Under the pieces are notes generated by a model that saw nothing but the letters and a program-made list of their open reading frames with translations, made no database searches and was not told the origin of the DNA. The translations under genes and the position numbers were made by a program. From assembly GCF_003704095.1 (NCBI RefSeq), contig NW_020847654.1:186001-250000 (forward strand): a DNA stretch of 64,000 bases. The letters run 5' to 3'. Shown in pieces: positions 38,499-51,774 of the stretch. The DNA comes from Pocillopora damicornis (lineage: Eukaryota). Every line of letters starts with the position of its first letter. Position 1 is the first letter of the stretch.

Positions 38499-40132
38499 TC
38501 TAACACTCATTCTATGCAAGTGTTAGCTGTGTTGGATTTTTATTACTGTACGTAGGCTTGCAATCTAACTGAGCGTGAAAACCTTCAAAACTCGGATTGT
38601 CACTGTCCTTTTCGTTTTCTCTTTGAGAATTTTCGTCTCTGCTCACGTTATAATAACGTAAATTACGGCGATTGGCATGTTTACAAACCTTTCTTTGGTT
38701 CTGTTGTTGCTACTTCCCGGCTCGCTTGTTCCGAAATTTCACTTTCAACTAACGAGAAAAAGCTAGAGAGACATCCGGGAAATCAGGTCGGACATCGTAC
38801 AATTTGGCAGATGGCGTGACAGCTTTACCTCTATGTTTTCAAAACAGTATAGTATAGTATACTCTGACAGAGCACGCTCCTTCAACCACTGACAGCGCAC
38901 GCTGTAACCGAACTTTATTTTAAAAACTGATCAAGTCTTACGATTATAAGACGAGAGATCCACTTATGAGACAGGTAAAATGTTCTTATTCTGTATCGTA
39001 ACGATCACTGGTGGCAAAAACGATGCCAAAGACAACTCCTAACTAGCACTGTGTAAACAAAGAAGCGTTTTGTTCCAAAGAGCAACTTCAAATTCTCAAT
39101 TTCTCCTGCTTTTTTAAACCCAATGAAGTTTTACCATACTAGACTTCAAGCCTTTATTCCAGAAACCCTTCTTCTCACGTTCACCCTGTTGAATCTGAAA
39201 GGAATAAAAAGTGGAAAGAAAAGATTATAGTTTTTATCATGGGATTTGAAGGGCGAGGTTGAATTTAACGTGACACCAACTGAAGAGCGAGGACCAAATA
39301 CAGAAATCCTATATAAGGCGGATTAAGAGCGATAACTGGATTAAATACCTACTCAACCTGAGGTTAAGGGATTATTACAACGTTGTAAAGGAAGACAAAA
39401 GTATTCTGAGTAAAACAGGAACTAGATGAGTTCGCTGAAAGTATTAAGACTTCTAGGTATTGTTAATCATTTGGTGCAGGTCTTAAAGCTTGTGGTGCCT
39501 CGTAACCTATGTAGACGAACACAAGCCAAGCAAACGCGCACGTTTGTAACAAAAATTTAGTTTTCACGGAGAGGAAGATTTAGGAGAGAGTGAGAGAGAG
39601 CGAGATTTAACCCTAAATGGCAGTTCAGCAAACGATCCTCAGCTTTCAGCGCTCACTCCCCTTGAAAAAAGCCAGACATTTAAATTGCCAAGGGAGAGAA
39701 TCGTGTCGTAATCGAAAACGTGAAATTACGGTGTTGCGAAAACTTCATGTCAAAGGTGCGAAAAACCATCCTAGAGCGTCACGCGATACTATATCCGTTC
39801 AAGCGCGAACGAGCTTTAAGAACTGTCAGAATCTGTAGAGGATTTAAATTAAACAAACCATAAGAGGTGGAACGACAAAGAGTAAATAAGGGGGTTCATA
39901 CTGCAATGGAAAGCTAAATAGCCCATAGTTAAGTTTCTTTCTCGTCGCACGAAATAGAGAACCGTTTTCTTTCATAGGATCCTGAATTTTGCGTTGACCA
40001 AAAAAGTATAACTTGTTTTCTAATAATGGGCACCTATGATTAGAAAGGTCGCTATGAAGACTGCTGGGCACACCCCGGATATATCTGATACATCGCATTG
40101 AAAAGTTATGAAAGTCAAGCATCTTGTCACTT

Positions 40133-40267
40133 TGACGTCATCGACCACCGGAAGTAATTTTCTCGAAACAGGCTATTAAGAGTGACCTCGTGGAGCTCAA
40201 CATCCATTTAACTCTAAACTCGAGAAATTCGTGAGTTGCTGAACGGCGCCCTAGTTTGAGCCAAAAG
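40133..40267 (+). promoter_or_regulatory. Putative promoter and non-coding first exon of VEGF-like gene 2
   Basis: CRE palindrome TGACGTCA (40133) beside ETS consensus ACCGGAAGT (40147); strong donor AAG|GTAAGT at 40267; the ATG exon has an acceptor at 42280. Confidence 0.45.
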
Positions 40268-42340
40268 GTAAGTTTTTATTTGTGAATCTCTTTTTGCGTA
40301 CCTTTAACTGCAAGCAAAATCGCACAGGCGCAGTATTATTCTCGCCCCCTCGCTGCCCATTGTAAGAGTAATCAGTGAGGCATGGAAAGAGTGTTTTCAA
40401 TTTGCACGGCTTTTCGTTTAATGCAAATTTACCGAAGTTACTGCGAGCGAAGGAAACCTTTGTTGATCACAAGACTCCTTAAGCTGCAAGATAATTCATT
40501 TCGCAAAGTGATTTTGAAAGACAGAGCAGTAGATAATCCGCTAAAGAAGAGTCCAAGTCCAAGACATTCAAAACGTAGCTACCGACATATTACGGTATGT
40601 AAATACAAATCATTTTCGTTCTGATGTGTTGATTTGTATATTCGAGAACCATTTTCTAGAAGCTCACTCTCTCAGCAAAATGTGCGTTTTCAACGTTTGA
40701 AAACATCAATAATTATGGACGAATCTGCACGACTCGTTAATTACTGTTTGGCTAAAGGAATGAGAAGAGTTCTGCATGTAAGACTTATAAATCGGAAAAG
40801 ATTTGCGGGTAGCTTTCGTTCCCTCTGAGTAGACACATCATTACACGTCGTGTGCTGCAACATATGTATAAATATTTACAATCCCACGAATGAGCTTTTC
40901 TGATCGTCTGTTTGATACTTAGAAGGTGTTAGGGTGATTTTAAAAAACTGGCCGAAAATAAACTAAACTTTGACCACTTCAGTGACGTTCACACGTTATG
41001 CATAAAACGCTTAATTTGGTTTGTTTGCTGTCCTCTTTTATCTGTCGGACCTCGTTGGAAAATTTCTTTATCTACCTTATCAGATCTGGTCTTACTTGCA
41101 TCCAAGTTCCCGTGTCAAATGTGTATGTACTGGTCTCTCCGATTAGTTTGGTTTTTAATCCGATACACGTATCGTGTGATCACCATCACTTTAGCATTCA
41201 GATAAGCAAATAATTATCCACCGGTCGTCTTCCAAGTAGGGAGTGGTGACTGACATAAAATCAACACACTTTTGAGGGGATTTCGATCGCTATTTCTTAA
41301 TCACAACATTATGCGATTAGGGAAAGGTTGGCAACTCGTGATACGTAAGGTGACTAAATAAAGTATTGCATATCAAGCTTATGTAAGTATTTAGCTTAAA
41401 GATAGAACAGTAATCGTAGACGCACCCAAATCTGCTGATTTCTCAAGAGGTGGTAAATTAAGGAACAAACATAGTGTACAACGAGACCTTATGTAGATAA
41501 CACCACAGTAAAACGAACGATATTCCTCAGAGGTTGTCTGGTAAATAATTTTAGTATTCCCTTCCTGTATTCTACTGACGAGGTGATATCGATACTTTAC
41601 TTCTCTCGATATTCCATCGAACCAGTTTAGCATTGCTTGACTGGACATTGGCTCCATTTCAATTTTGGTATTAAATGCAGATGAAGGAAGAGGAATCGAG
41701 GCTTACTCCCTGAACGTGTGTTTCGCACTGAAAATGAACCTTGAAACAGTCCACTGAAACGCTACACTCACTCGCTCACCAAGTCTCATTTGGACTTCCT
41801 GGGAGTGTCGCACAAAGTTTGCCTTGACAGGAAGTCCAACCCATTAAAATCTTTCAGTTTGATTCAGTCAAAAACAGAACTGAGACATGATCCAGCAACT
41901 TCCCTCCTCACAATTCAATACAAGTATCTCAAATTTGCTAACCCTGATATATTTTAGACTGCCTATACGAAATGTAAGCAGGCAGTTTGGCAGTTTGAAC
42001 TTTTTAAAAAGCTCCTCTAGCTTATGATTTAGAGGGTAAGGTAAAAGTCTAGGTACAACTATCGGTGTTAATTGCTCAAAATGGTTAATTAAACCGTAAA
42101 GACGACAAGCTCTAATTGATAATTCATAATGGGTCCGAATTCTTCAAAGTTAGTTATTTTGGCAATGTTCGTTTTAAAGAGCTCAGAAATCACGTCACTA
42201 ACCGTTTAATTCATTGGACTAGTGAAGTATACCCTGCACACGAGCTCACGTTTCTTTCTTTTTTTATGTTTTCCTTTCAGATTCCTCAGGATCAAACGTG
42301 AGATCGTACTGCGAGTGAATTTCCTGAAAGCTAAACGAAA

Positions 42341-45300
42341 ATGTTGCTGGTCATTTCCATCTTTGTATTTGAACTACTGGATGTAACTTTGTCGGCCCAG
42401 AAAGGGGAAAGTAAGTTTCAAAGTCAGATTTTAACAGTTTCGTGGCTGTGCAGGTTTGAGAAAGTAGCCGATCTTAACGATCAACACTTAATCAAAGGGA
42501 TCATCAGTCGTCATAAATTAAATCTTAATACTCCGGCCGTAAAACATATTCTCTGTGGGAAGTAATCAGCTCTTCTCGTGGCTTTTACGCCAAAATCCCT
42601 CTCTGCCGTTACTCGGTATTTCCACTTTACCAACAATCGTGGCTAAGCTCGACTACGCGGGGTAGGTTTTTTGAGAAGATGAACTGCCGCGAGGTAAAAA
42701 CCATCAACAGACTGTATCCCACTTTTTCAATGAAAAGTGAGTGTTAATCTCCTTTTAAAGTTTAACAGATCAAACGCACATGCATTGTTAAATACTTGTT
42801 GTTGAAGGGAAATAGTCTGTGTTTTTGTGACCCGCAGAACTCTTATTTACCTCGTTAGATTTCTATCCACTGTTCAATTCTACGTGACATCATCTTAATT
42901 GCGGATATCCTGGATCCCAGACCTCACTTCCCATCTTAGCCATAATAACTTCAATAACGACGACAATGATAATTTCAGCTTTATTTCCTCTCTTCCTCTC
43001 TCTCAGGGTTGACAAATGTTCTCTGTCAAACGCACGAGACCGTTATTCCCGTAGATTCAACTGATCATGGCTTTTACCCTTTCTATGTGAAGCTTCATCG
43101 CTGTGCTGGCTCAGTGGGCACAGTGTCTCCCAAAGTGCAACATTGTGTGGCACAAAGTTACGAGGAAATAAACGTCCCAGTGTATTCGCGTGCAGCAAAC
43201 TTTCGCCGGACGACCGTCACCATGAAAAATCACACCAGCTGCGCTCCTGAATGTGTAGCCAGTCCGCTTGACTGTGATTTGGCAGTACAGGACTGGGACG
43301 ATAATTTATGCGCATGCAAATGCAAGTATCCTGACGGACCACCTAAGGAACTCACTTGCAAAGAAGGATTTAGGTACGAACCGGACCTTGAGAATCGCAA
43401 TGGAAGCTTAAAAAACGTTTTACTTTCCCTTTAATGGTTTGTCCTTGCTGGAATATATTTACATGTTATCTTAGGAGATCGTTAGGGACATATTTAACTG
43501 CAGAGAGATGGACGGTAAAAATGTACGACCAAAAAATTAAATTACTCGTCAGCCACTTAACCATCCATATTTTTGGGTTATTAATTTTTTCGGTGTTTAC
43601 TTTTTGAATTTCTTTCAGGTGGAACAAATATAAATGCGCATGCGAATGTGACCGAGCACCTGAGCACTGTCCCATCAGAATGGTAAGGCATTCTTCATAA
43701 CCGCCGAATTTTAAGAATTTCACAATTAATGGAAGGAAAATACAAATTTAGAAAATATTCAACGTTCGAATGACGCACTCTCTGCAGTAAGTTGTCTCCC
43801 TATGCCACCTAAATTACAAGTCAAAACCAATTTTCGCAAGATTCAGATCTTAGAAGACTTTTTAATCGATTGGGAGTCTTTCCACTGCGTAAATATAAAA
43901 CTGCTCAACGATTCTCTGCTCGACTGTGACAAAAAAAAATTTCTATGTTTTTCTGAAGAAAGTCTTAAATGAATGAAAATGTATGTACAAAATGTACCAT
44001 GTAGAAGAACAGTATTTGACAGCTTGATATTACATTCCTCTCACGGGTTTTAATCATTACACATTCTTTTTCATAACTGGTTCTTCATCTGAAGCGCATC
44101 ATGATTCTTTTTGTTTTGTACAGACTTGGAGCAAAGACATCTGCGGTTGCAAATGTGAGAGCAGTGCAGTAAATGACTGCATACAAATGGAATTGGGAAT
44201 TGACGTTGATTGCCAGTGCGTGGATGTGAAGGCGTTCCGCAGACATAAAGCAGGTAAACACGTATCTCTAAAATGAGTTTATCTCTAATTTGATGCTAAC
44301 ACGATGCACTGACATTTGGTGAACCGCTGGAGTCCAAGACGAGGCTCTAGCCTAGGAAAAGTCCTTCTCCACCCAGAGGTATAAAATGGTATTTAAAGCT
44401 GCTGTAGTTTGTTTGCAATGGAATTCACATTGACAAAAAAGCTTGGGGCAATTTGGGGGAAAAAACATGGAATTATAATTTGTAGTCTATAATCTCAAGC
44501 ACGGGCATATTCAGGACGCTATGTTATTAAATCATCTTTAAAGACCATTTCTTTTATCAGAAAGAAATGTGATACATTTTTTTTTTGATTATCGAACATT
44601 TTTTCATTTTAAATTTCACCTTTTCACATTTTTCTTCTGTGCTTCTCCCAATGCACGTGAACACCCTTCACGCTTGCCTCGCGTTTGCCTCCGTTCGCCT
44701 GAAAAACACAAAAGTGATACCCCTGTTCAGCAGGTTAGGAGGCACATTTTGTCACGCGTTTAGCACAACATTTTGGTTAAGGCAGCCCCCAATTTAAGAC
44801 TGTACTTATGAATTCATTCCCTGTCTGATTTCTTTTGGAAATATTTTACTTTAATTTGGCAAGCCGTTATTCCCCTGAAATGTTACCAGCTTTTAATTTT
44901 TTTTTCTAAAAGTATTTGTTTTTTCCTGCAGTTTACTCTCGAAACCGGATGTTTATAACACTTCTGATAGGTCAAGCAGTCATCATCATACTCCTCATTT
45001 GTGCTCTGGTACACTGGGTACGAAAGAGAAACCGAAACAGCTCGGCCAACGCTCCGCTCGACGGATCAGACCCAGGAAAGACGAATGATGAAGTTGCTTC
45101 TCAATGTAAGTATCTTGAAGAATATGAGGAGTTTTTCTGGATACAAAATAGGGATCATATCCAAATCTTATCCGAGAATCAGGGATGGTCGCTGCTTAGG
45201 AGGTATCAAAGGTGGGGGGGGGGAGAACTAGGAGGAACTGATGGACGCAAAGGATTTAAGTTATGCAAGAAATATCATCGATCTGCTTTCTTAAATACAA

Positions 45301-45454
45301 GCTATATTAATAATATTATCGTTATTTATAAAACCTTTCAGACCTAAAGATGGCTGCTAATTCTGCCGAGTCCTTAGAGGGTGCGAAGGATTCAAGTGAC
45401 GACGATAGCTGCACTGCTCCTTTGTCCCCCAAAGTACGAGTTACAAACATCTAA
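42341..45454 (+). CDS. Membrane-anchored PDGF/VEGF-domain protein 2 (about 305 aa); exons 42341..42410, 43007..43373, 43619..43682, 44124..44253, 44932..45105, 45342..45454
   Basis: Signal peptide MLLVISIFVFELLDVTLSA; core C..FYPFYVKLHRCAGSV..C..NHTSCAPEC; CXCXC repeats; TM MFITLLIGQAVIIILLICALVHWV followed by RKR; tail ending VRVTNI; 918 nt in frame. Confidence 0.9.
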
Positions 45455-45485
45455 AACCATACCTCAGGGATACCAGTATCTCAGC

Positions 45486-45612
45486 GACGATATGCCACAG
45501 AAGAAACAAAAGAGAAACATCCACAGAAAGACAAGGTGAAGCGTAATGGGGACGATATGCCACAGAAGAAACAAAAGAGAAACATCCACATAAAGAAGGA
45601 TGAAGTGTAATG
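45486..45612 (+). repeat. Tandem duplication (65-bp unit, two copies) in the 3' UTR of gene 2
   Basis: gacgatatgccacagaagaaacaaaagagaaacatccac at 45486 and 45551. Confidence 0.9.
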
Positions 45613-46168
45613 ACCCATTCGACCCTAATATAACAATAAAACTATAGGATGTGCTCAGTAGTTAATCTCGATGTCGAGATTAAAATCTTTTATGATAGAT
45701 AGTGAGCTGATATGCTCTCCTCACCTTATTTGCGCAGGTACAGAGCTGAACTTATATGTAACTGACCAAATTTGAAAAAGCTGAACTATTTCGCTGAGAT
45801 CGCTTAGAGGCGATTTTTTATATATAAAAGTCAATAACATGAAGGCAGATGTTTTTTCTCTGTCTATGAAATGAGGAGTGTACTCTTAAATAATATATTT
45901 CAACAACAAATACAATTTAATCCCCCCAAATTGGAGGCAGAGAGAGTAGTGTTAATAACACGTAATATTTGCTTGCCTTTGCTCATTTATTTGCTAGGAT
46001 CTGTCCCTTTCTTGTACCCAATGTACTCAGTAAAACGTGGTAAGTTAAACCAATTTTTGATTAGTAGGGTTCAAGTTGTCACTAGCCTCTATTTTCAATG
46101 TGCTAAATTAGACGTCGACAAACATCAGTTTAAGCAGCTTCTATGAAGAAGAAAATTTTAATCCGCAT

Positions 46169-46378
46169 TTAACTCTTTATCCCCTAGCATCAGTATCCCT
46201 ATTCTCCATACCATTCACTATACATTTATCAAGGTGCTGACAAAGAGAATTTGTTTAATAATCAAGAGCTGCTCTAGTTGGTGATCATTTCCTCTATTCT
46301 CATGACCTTAATGTTTGTTTCAAGGGTGATATGGTAGGAGAGATTAGATGCTAATCACTCTGAGGGTAGAAAGGTCAA
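46169..46378. mobile_element. MITE-like repeat of about 210 bp
   Basis: Degenerate inverted termini ttaactcttt / aaaggtcaa; diverged inverted copy at 51279..51484. Confidence 0.7.
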
Positions 46379-48745
46379 CAAAGCAGTAAAACATGTGTAA
46401 GCTTTGGCGTGAATGGGGTATTACTCGTAAATTCATGACCCAAGGAATCACGTGCACAAGGCTTGCCAATCATGGTCAAGCTAGCTCCTTCAACGATCAT
46501 TTTAAAATTGTTATAAAGACAACATTGTTAGTATTTTAGCATCGTATTTATTTAAAAAAAAACTAGTCAGATCTTTTAGCTAGAAGAGGTAATTTGGAAA
46601 AATAATCATTGTCTATATGCGGAACATAAGAGTATAGCTAGGGACATCTAATAGGAATCACTGAAAGTAGCACAACGCAATGTCGCACCCACTTTCAGAC
46701 AATTGTATCATGTTTTGGGTTATGACACGGTGCTATATTGATTCAAAAGTGCTTCTTAAAAATGATTTACCAACTACACGTGAACAAAGGGAAGCTGTAA
46801 ATAATCCCCGACTCTCTGGAAATGAGAAATTCAATAAATATGGAAATTAAAGAATTCGAAGACTATTAGGTGAAGAATTTGTAACTTAAACATTTGTAGT
46901 CTCACGATAGAGCCTGCAGTTCCCCTTTCTAGTTACTAATCATTGCTTTACTGAACATAGAACCCACCCTTCGAAAAACAGGGCTCAATTCAGAGAATGG
47001 AAAATCCTCCAAAGTAACGAACCCTCAAAACTTTGACCTTGAAAGAAATAACCTCGGGAATAACAAAAATCTGGTAATAACGGATACAACCATTTTTTTT
47101 TCCTCTCTGAATACTAGATAGTCGTGATAATAACATGATGTTGATGAATGTATGAGAAACTAAAACCTCGAAAAGCTATTATAATTTTGATAAAATGATT
47201 TCATCATCATGAGCTAAAAAAAGAAACAGAAAAATAAGAAACCTTCATGTATGGTACGATTGGAATCCCGAAAGGCGACCCCCCAAAAGCAGGGCGCTAT
47301 GGGAAAAAGTTGCTAGGATGAGTGACTGATCCGCAATCTTCGCGAATACTTAGTATTTATATTACCAAACGCACGGTAGCCTGACATCAGGCACCATTTT
47401 CTTTTTTTCTAAACTCCATTCTACTTCTGTGAATTCATTCCTGCTCATAGAGTTGTCGCGAAATCTCTACAGACTCTGCAGTCGCTGGTGAACTCGATCG
47501 AAGAGGACTGTAAGCAATCTTCTTTTTCAAGGTTTATTTGCGTTGATCACTACGATTTACGCTACACAATGTAATAATCTTGACAATTCTGACTTAACTC
47601 TTCATTCGCCTAAACTAAGCTAGTATTTTTTTTTTAAATCACGAATATGGTAAAATCCCAAACAAACTTATCGTAATAGACCTATATTTAAAACACCTTT
47701 TCCTTTCTTATTTAGCGGACTAAACGCGTGCAATTACAACATCTCTCACAAAGTAAATGAACTGCCTACTTTGTCTGCAAATTGTGAAATCTAACACGCG
47801 CTCTATTCCAATCACTGACAATTTCGTGACAATTAACGTGTACTAGTATATTTATCAGTACTTAATTCGTAACTTAACTTGTATTCCTCGGCAAGAGTTA
47901 TTTATAAGATCGTTTATGATCCGCTTTTAAGTGCAGTACCGGAAAGATCATACACACAAAGCTGATCAGCTACAACAGCGACTAGGGTTTGGAAAAAAAT
48001 AAAAAAGGATCGTTTGAGTTGGATTCACAAACAGAAATCACTACAGTGTGGTATTTAGTATCACGGCAAAGCGTTCTCTCTTCTTTCCGCTTGAAGCAAT
48101 ATCATCAACTTCCGGTGGAATAGAACCGCTATCTCTCTTGAAATCGAATCCCTGAGCCTTCTTATGCGACGAAAAAAAGTGTTAGTGTCAAGTGATTTTC
48201 TTAGAAAATGGGTGTGAGAGTGGGTGTTAGAAAGGAATGTCTATCAATTATTTCAAAAGAATGTACGATCGTAAAACTCTTTGGAATATTTTGTAGACTT
48301 TCGATCTGACTATCTTCTATTTCCTTATTTCCTGTACTGTCAAGATTGAAAAGAGAAATCTGATTAATTGATGTAAAATGTCGTCATGTTATGGAAATAA
48401 TTCCGACGGGTAATCGAAGAGAATTTTTCTCACGCTCCTCTAAGTAACAGGGGAAAGCCCCGTCTCAGCCTTTGAGTCCATACAAAAGACTTTCATTTTC
48501 TGGCAGTATTTATTTGATCAGTCTCGATTGTCAACCTGTCATCTTGTATTGTTCCGCCTTCGTCTTGTGACCTATTTACATATCACTGAAACTTAATAAC
48601 CTAGTAATTACGACGCGACTTCATTTCAATGAACCAAGACCTACAAATCGAACGTGAGTCAGGTCCTGGCTTTAAAGGATAGGGGGTAGAGAATTCGCCG
48701 ATCTAGCAGAGAATAACAACACATCAGGACAAGGATTCAAGAGCT

Positions 48746-51700
48746 ATGATGCAGTTTTCAATTTGGACAATTGTTCTTCTTTTATCCCAAGCCGCATTTC
48801 AATGTACCGGTGAGTAAATTGCCAAGTGTCGATTCTCACACATAGCTTGACTGTTTCATTCTCAAAATCCCAATACTTAATGATTAAGTCTGCACCTGTG
48901 GTGATGTAATGAAGCTATTTGTGATAGATGCACCGTTTTCGTTCATTCATTTATTCATTCCTCGTCACCAACGCCAGATTCATAAAACTACTATCGACCG
49001 CTAAATTCCGGTTTGATTCCTGGTTACAGCATATGTAACAAACAATGAAATACTACTGTATTGGGAATATGTAGATAAAAATGAAAAAGAAAAAGCAGTC
49101 AAAGTGTTAGGAAGTTACTTTAAAAGCTACCGGCTATCGGGGAAAACCCTAAGTCACCGAGTTTACGTCCTGTCTGAATTTTTCTCAGCAACCAAGAGAA
49201 GGTTTATGTAAAAAAGTCACCAATTCTATCATACAATATATTTTCTTTATCTAGAGGCTCTAGAAAAATAAGTAAGGTCAAACATCCACGCATCAAGCTC
49301 AAAACTTTCTTCGATCAAGACAAACACAAAGTGGGGCGTTTACTTTCGCTTTCTGATTTCATTCATCGAAAGATCCCTCAACCGGTAATAACCCTTCATG
49401 GACGAGTCCCTTGAGAAATTTCGATCAAGACATGTGATCAGGTTCTGCTGGGCTGATCGTGTTATTTAATGGAGATACGGGGCGGGGGAGGAAGATCAAG
49501 ACATTTTGCATTACCGTTCGATTGTGTTCATTTTCAGCGGCTGTCAAACCTGTTGCTGTTGAGTGCAATCCACCAGTCCTCTCGACTGTGGCAGTGGACG
49601 AACCGCACCACAGATATTATCCATATTTCATACGACTCCATCGGTGCGAGGGCTCGTACGGGTACGAAAGCCCCAACATCAAGAAATGTGTGGTCACAGA
49701 GAGTAGGGAGGTTACATTTTCGGTCTATGATACTACCAATAGACTATCGACACAAATAAGACTCCAGAATCACACGAAATGTGGCCCTGAGTGCAAGGCA
49801 AGTCCTCTCGATTGTGATTTAAAAGTGCAGGAATGGAACGACAAAAGCTGCCAATGCAAATGTTTATATCCACGTTCGCCTCCGCCTGACGATGTCGTGA
49901 AACCAAAAAAGGGCTTTGGGTGAGTGATTTTACCACAAAAAAGTCAGTGGAGAGAGAGAAGCATCTGTTAATTTCAGATTTTATTGTGCTTCTCAGACCC
50001 CTAGCCCAACAAGCTCTGCCTCTGCAATCATTTGTTTGCATTTCAGTTAGGACACACTTAGAAGCCTATCGGTAGATTAAATGAAAATTTTATTTCTGTG
50101 ACATTTTTCCATTCTTCTAGGTGGAATAACCATCTCTGTCGATATGAATGCAACACACATGAACGTTGTCCGCTTGAAAAGGTAATAAGGTGGTGAATTG
50201 ACTAGTATTTCCATTATTTCACAATGTTAAATGGGTCATGCAACACTTACACGAGTTATTGGTAAAGCAAAATCTTGGTCACTCTACCCACAAGGATTGT
50301 TACACAGGAGGAATTAGTTTAAAGTTTAAATACTTTTTTGGGAGTACACATTAAACCAATTATTAAATGAATAAATGAAGAATAGTCAGTTGCAAACTGG
50401 AAGCCAAAATCCTTTTAAAACAGCCCACACCTATAATCAATTATTACGGGTTAACAACTGAGATGAACATGAAATGGAAAGGGAAATAAATAAGGGAGTA
50501 CTTGACTAAAATTTACTTGTGTAGTTTGTACTTGAATGGGTTATTACTAACTGACTGATTGATTGAAGTAACCTAAAAATATATTATTTTTGTTGTGCTT
50601 CACACAGATGTGGAATAAGAAGAAATGTTCCTGTGTTTGCACATCATTTTATGAACATCATTGTAAGGCTGAAAACAAGTTGATGGATCCTAAAACATGT
50701 GCATGTAAAGATCCAATGAAATCAACAGCACCACGACCTGGTAAGTGAAAATAGGGCCAGCTTATAGTTGGAATGGAGAAATAATGTCTTCTTGAAGGGA
50801 CTAGGGGTTGGTTTGGATAGTATCTTCTATACATACCTATGAAAATATTTCCTTCTGGAAGATCTTTACTTTCAATGGACCTCACATTACCATAAAAGAT
50901 TGGGGCAATTTCAGAAAATAGTGTCTGAAATATGAGGAGTTGAGGTCATGGCCCCCTTCCACCCCTTCCTACCACCCTTAACAACTCTGCTCATCCATCC
51001 TAGGGCTTAACATTGTCAATGGTTTTATAGATCTATGAAAGAAACCAAAGTTGTGGGAATTCTTGCTTATTCATGATTTGTGATGGAAGTTTTTTATTTC
51101 TTACAGGGTTCATGACCTATGTGGAATCCAAAGTCCTTGCTGTTTTTCTTGCTCTTGCAATAGTAGTGATTTTATGTTTAATTACCTACCTTTGGTACCG
51201 CTCAGCTTATCCCAAATATCCATTTGGATCCTCTGGAAAACTGAATGAGTCAACCAGTAGTGCTGGTATGGTTAATTATTAACTCTTCAATCCCTTAGAG
51301 TGACTGGCATCGAATTTCTCCTCAAAGTATCACCATTAAAATCAAACATGAAGGTCGTGAGGAAAAAGGAAATGATCACCAATTTTGAAGCTTTTTATGA
51401 TCAAACAAATTTTCCTTGTCAGTACCAGAGGAAATAGAACAGTATGGAGAATATAGATATCAATGTTAGGGGGGTATAGGGTTATGGAATGGAGCTGACA
51501 CCTCAAATTTGAGGTTGCTCTATTATTACTAAATCTCTTCATTTCTCTATCTAATTTCTTGTTGTTTCCTTGTGCTTTCACTTCACTGACATCATTAATC
51601 AATATGTACCACGATCACTGTTTTTAAGCCTACATACAATGATAATATAATCATATCGTGATTCCATTTCCTCTCATTAACTTACTGACTGATAATCATT

Positions 51701-51774
51701 CTTTTTATTTACTTGCAGAATCTGTTGGTCAGAGCTGTGAAAATGCTGGTGTTAGGGTTGAAACACAAGTCTAA
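48746..51774 (+). CDS. Membrane-anchored PDGF/VEGF-domain protein 3 (about 284 aa); exons 48746..48809, 49538..49919, 50121..50181, 50608..50740, 51107..51265, 51719..51774
   Basis: Signal peptide MMQFSIWTIVLLLSQAAFQCTA; core C..YYPYFIRLHRCEGSY..C..NHTKCGPEC; CXCXC repeats; TM VLAVFLALAIVVILCLITYLWY; tail ending VETQV; 855 nt in frame. Confidence 0.9.
51279..51484. mobile_element. MITE-like repeat of about 205 bp in the last intron of gene 3
   Basis: Reverse-complement similarity to 46169..46378 (tatggagaata, aaatgatcaccaa and aaacaaattttccttgtcag blocks). Confidence 0.7.

Noticed and set aside
34700-42200. Short ORFs from the six-frame track in this and other intergenic or intronic regions, including those running through N gaps
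   Set aside because: No motifs, splice support or coding-like composition; consistent with chance ORFs or antisense shadows of real exons.
26988-45454. Functional link between the deaminase-like gene and the VEGF-like array
   Set aside because: Adjacency depends on two 100-N gaps inside a repeat; the split host repeat shows the interval is secondary or misplaced.
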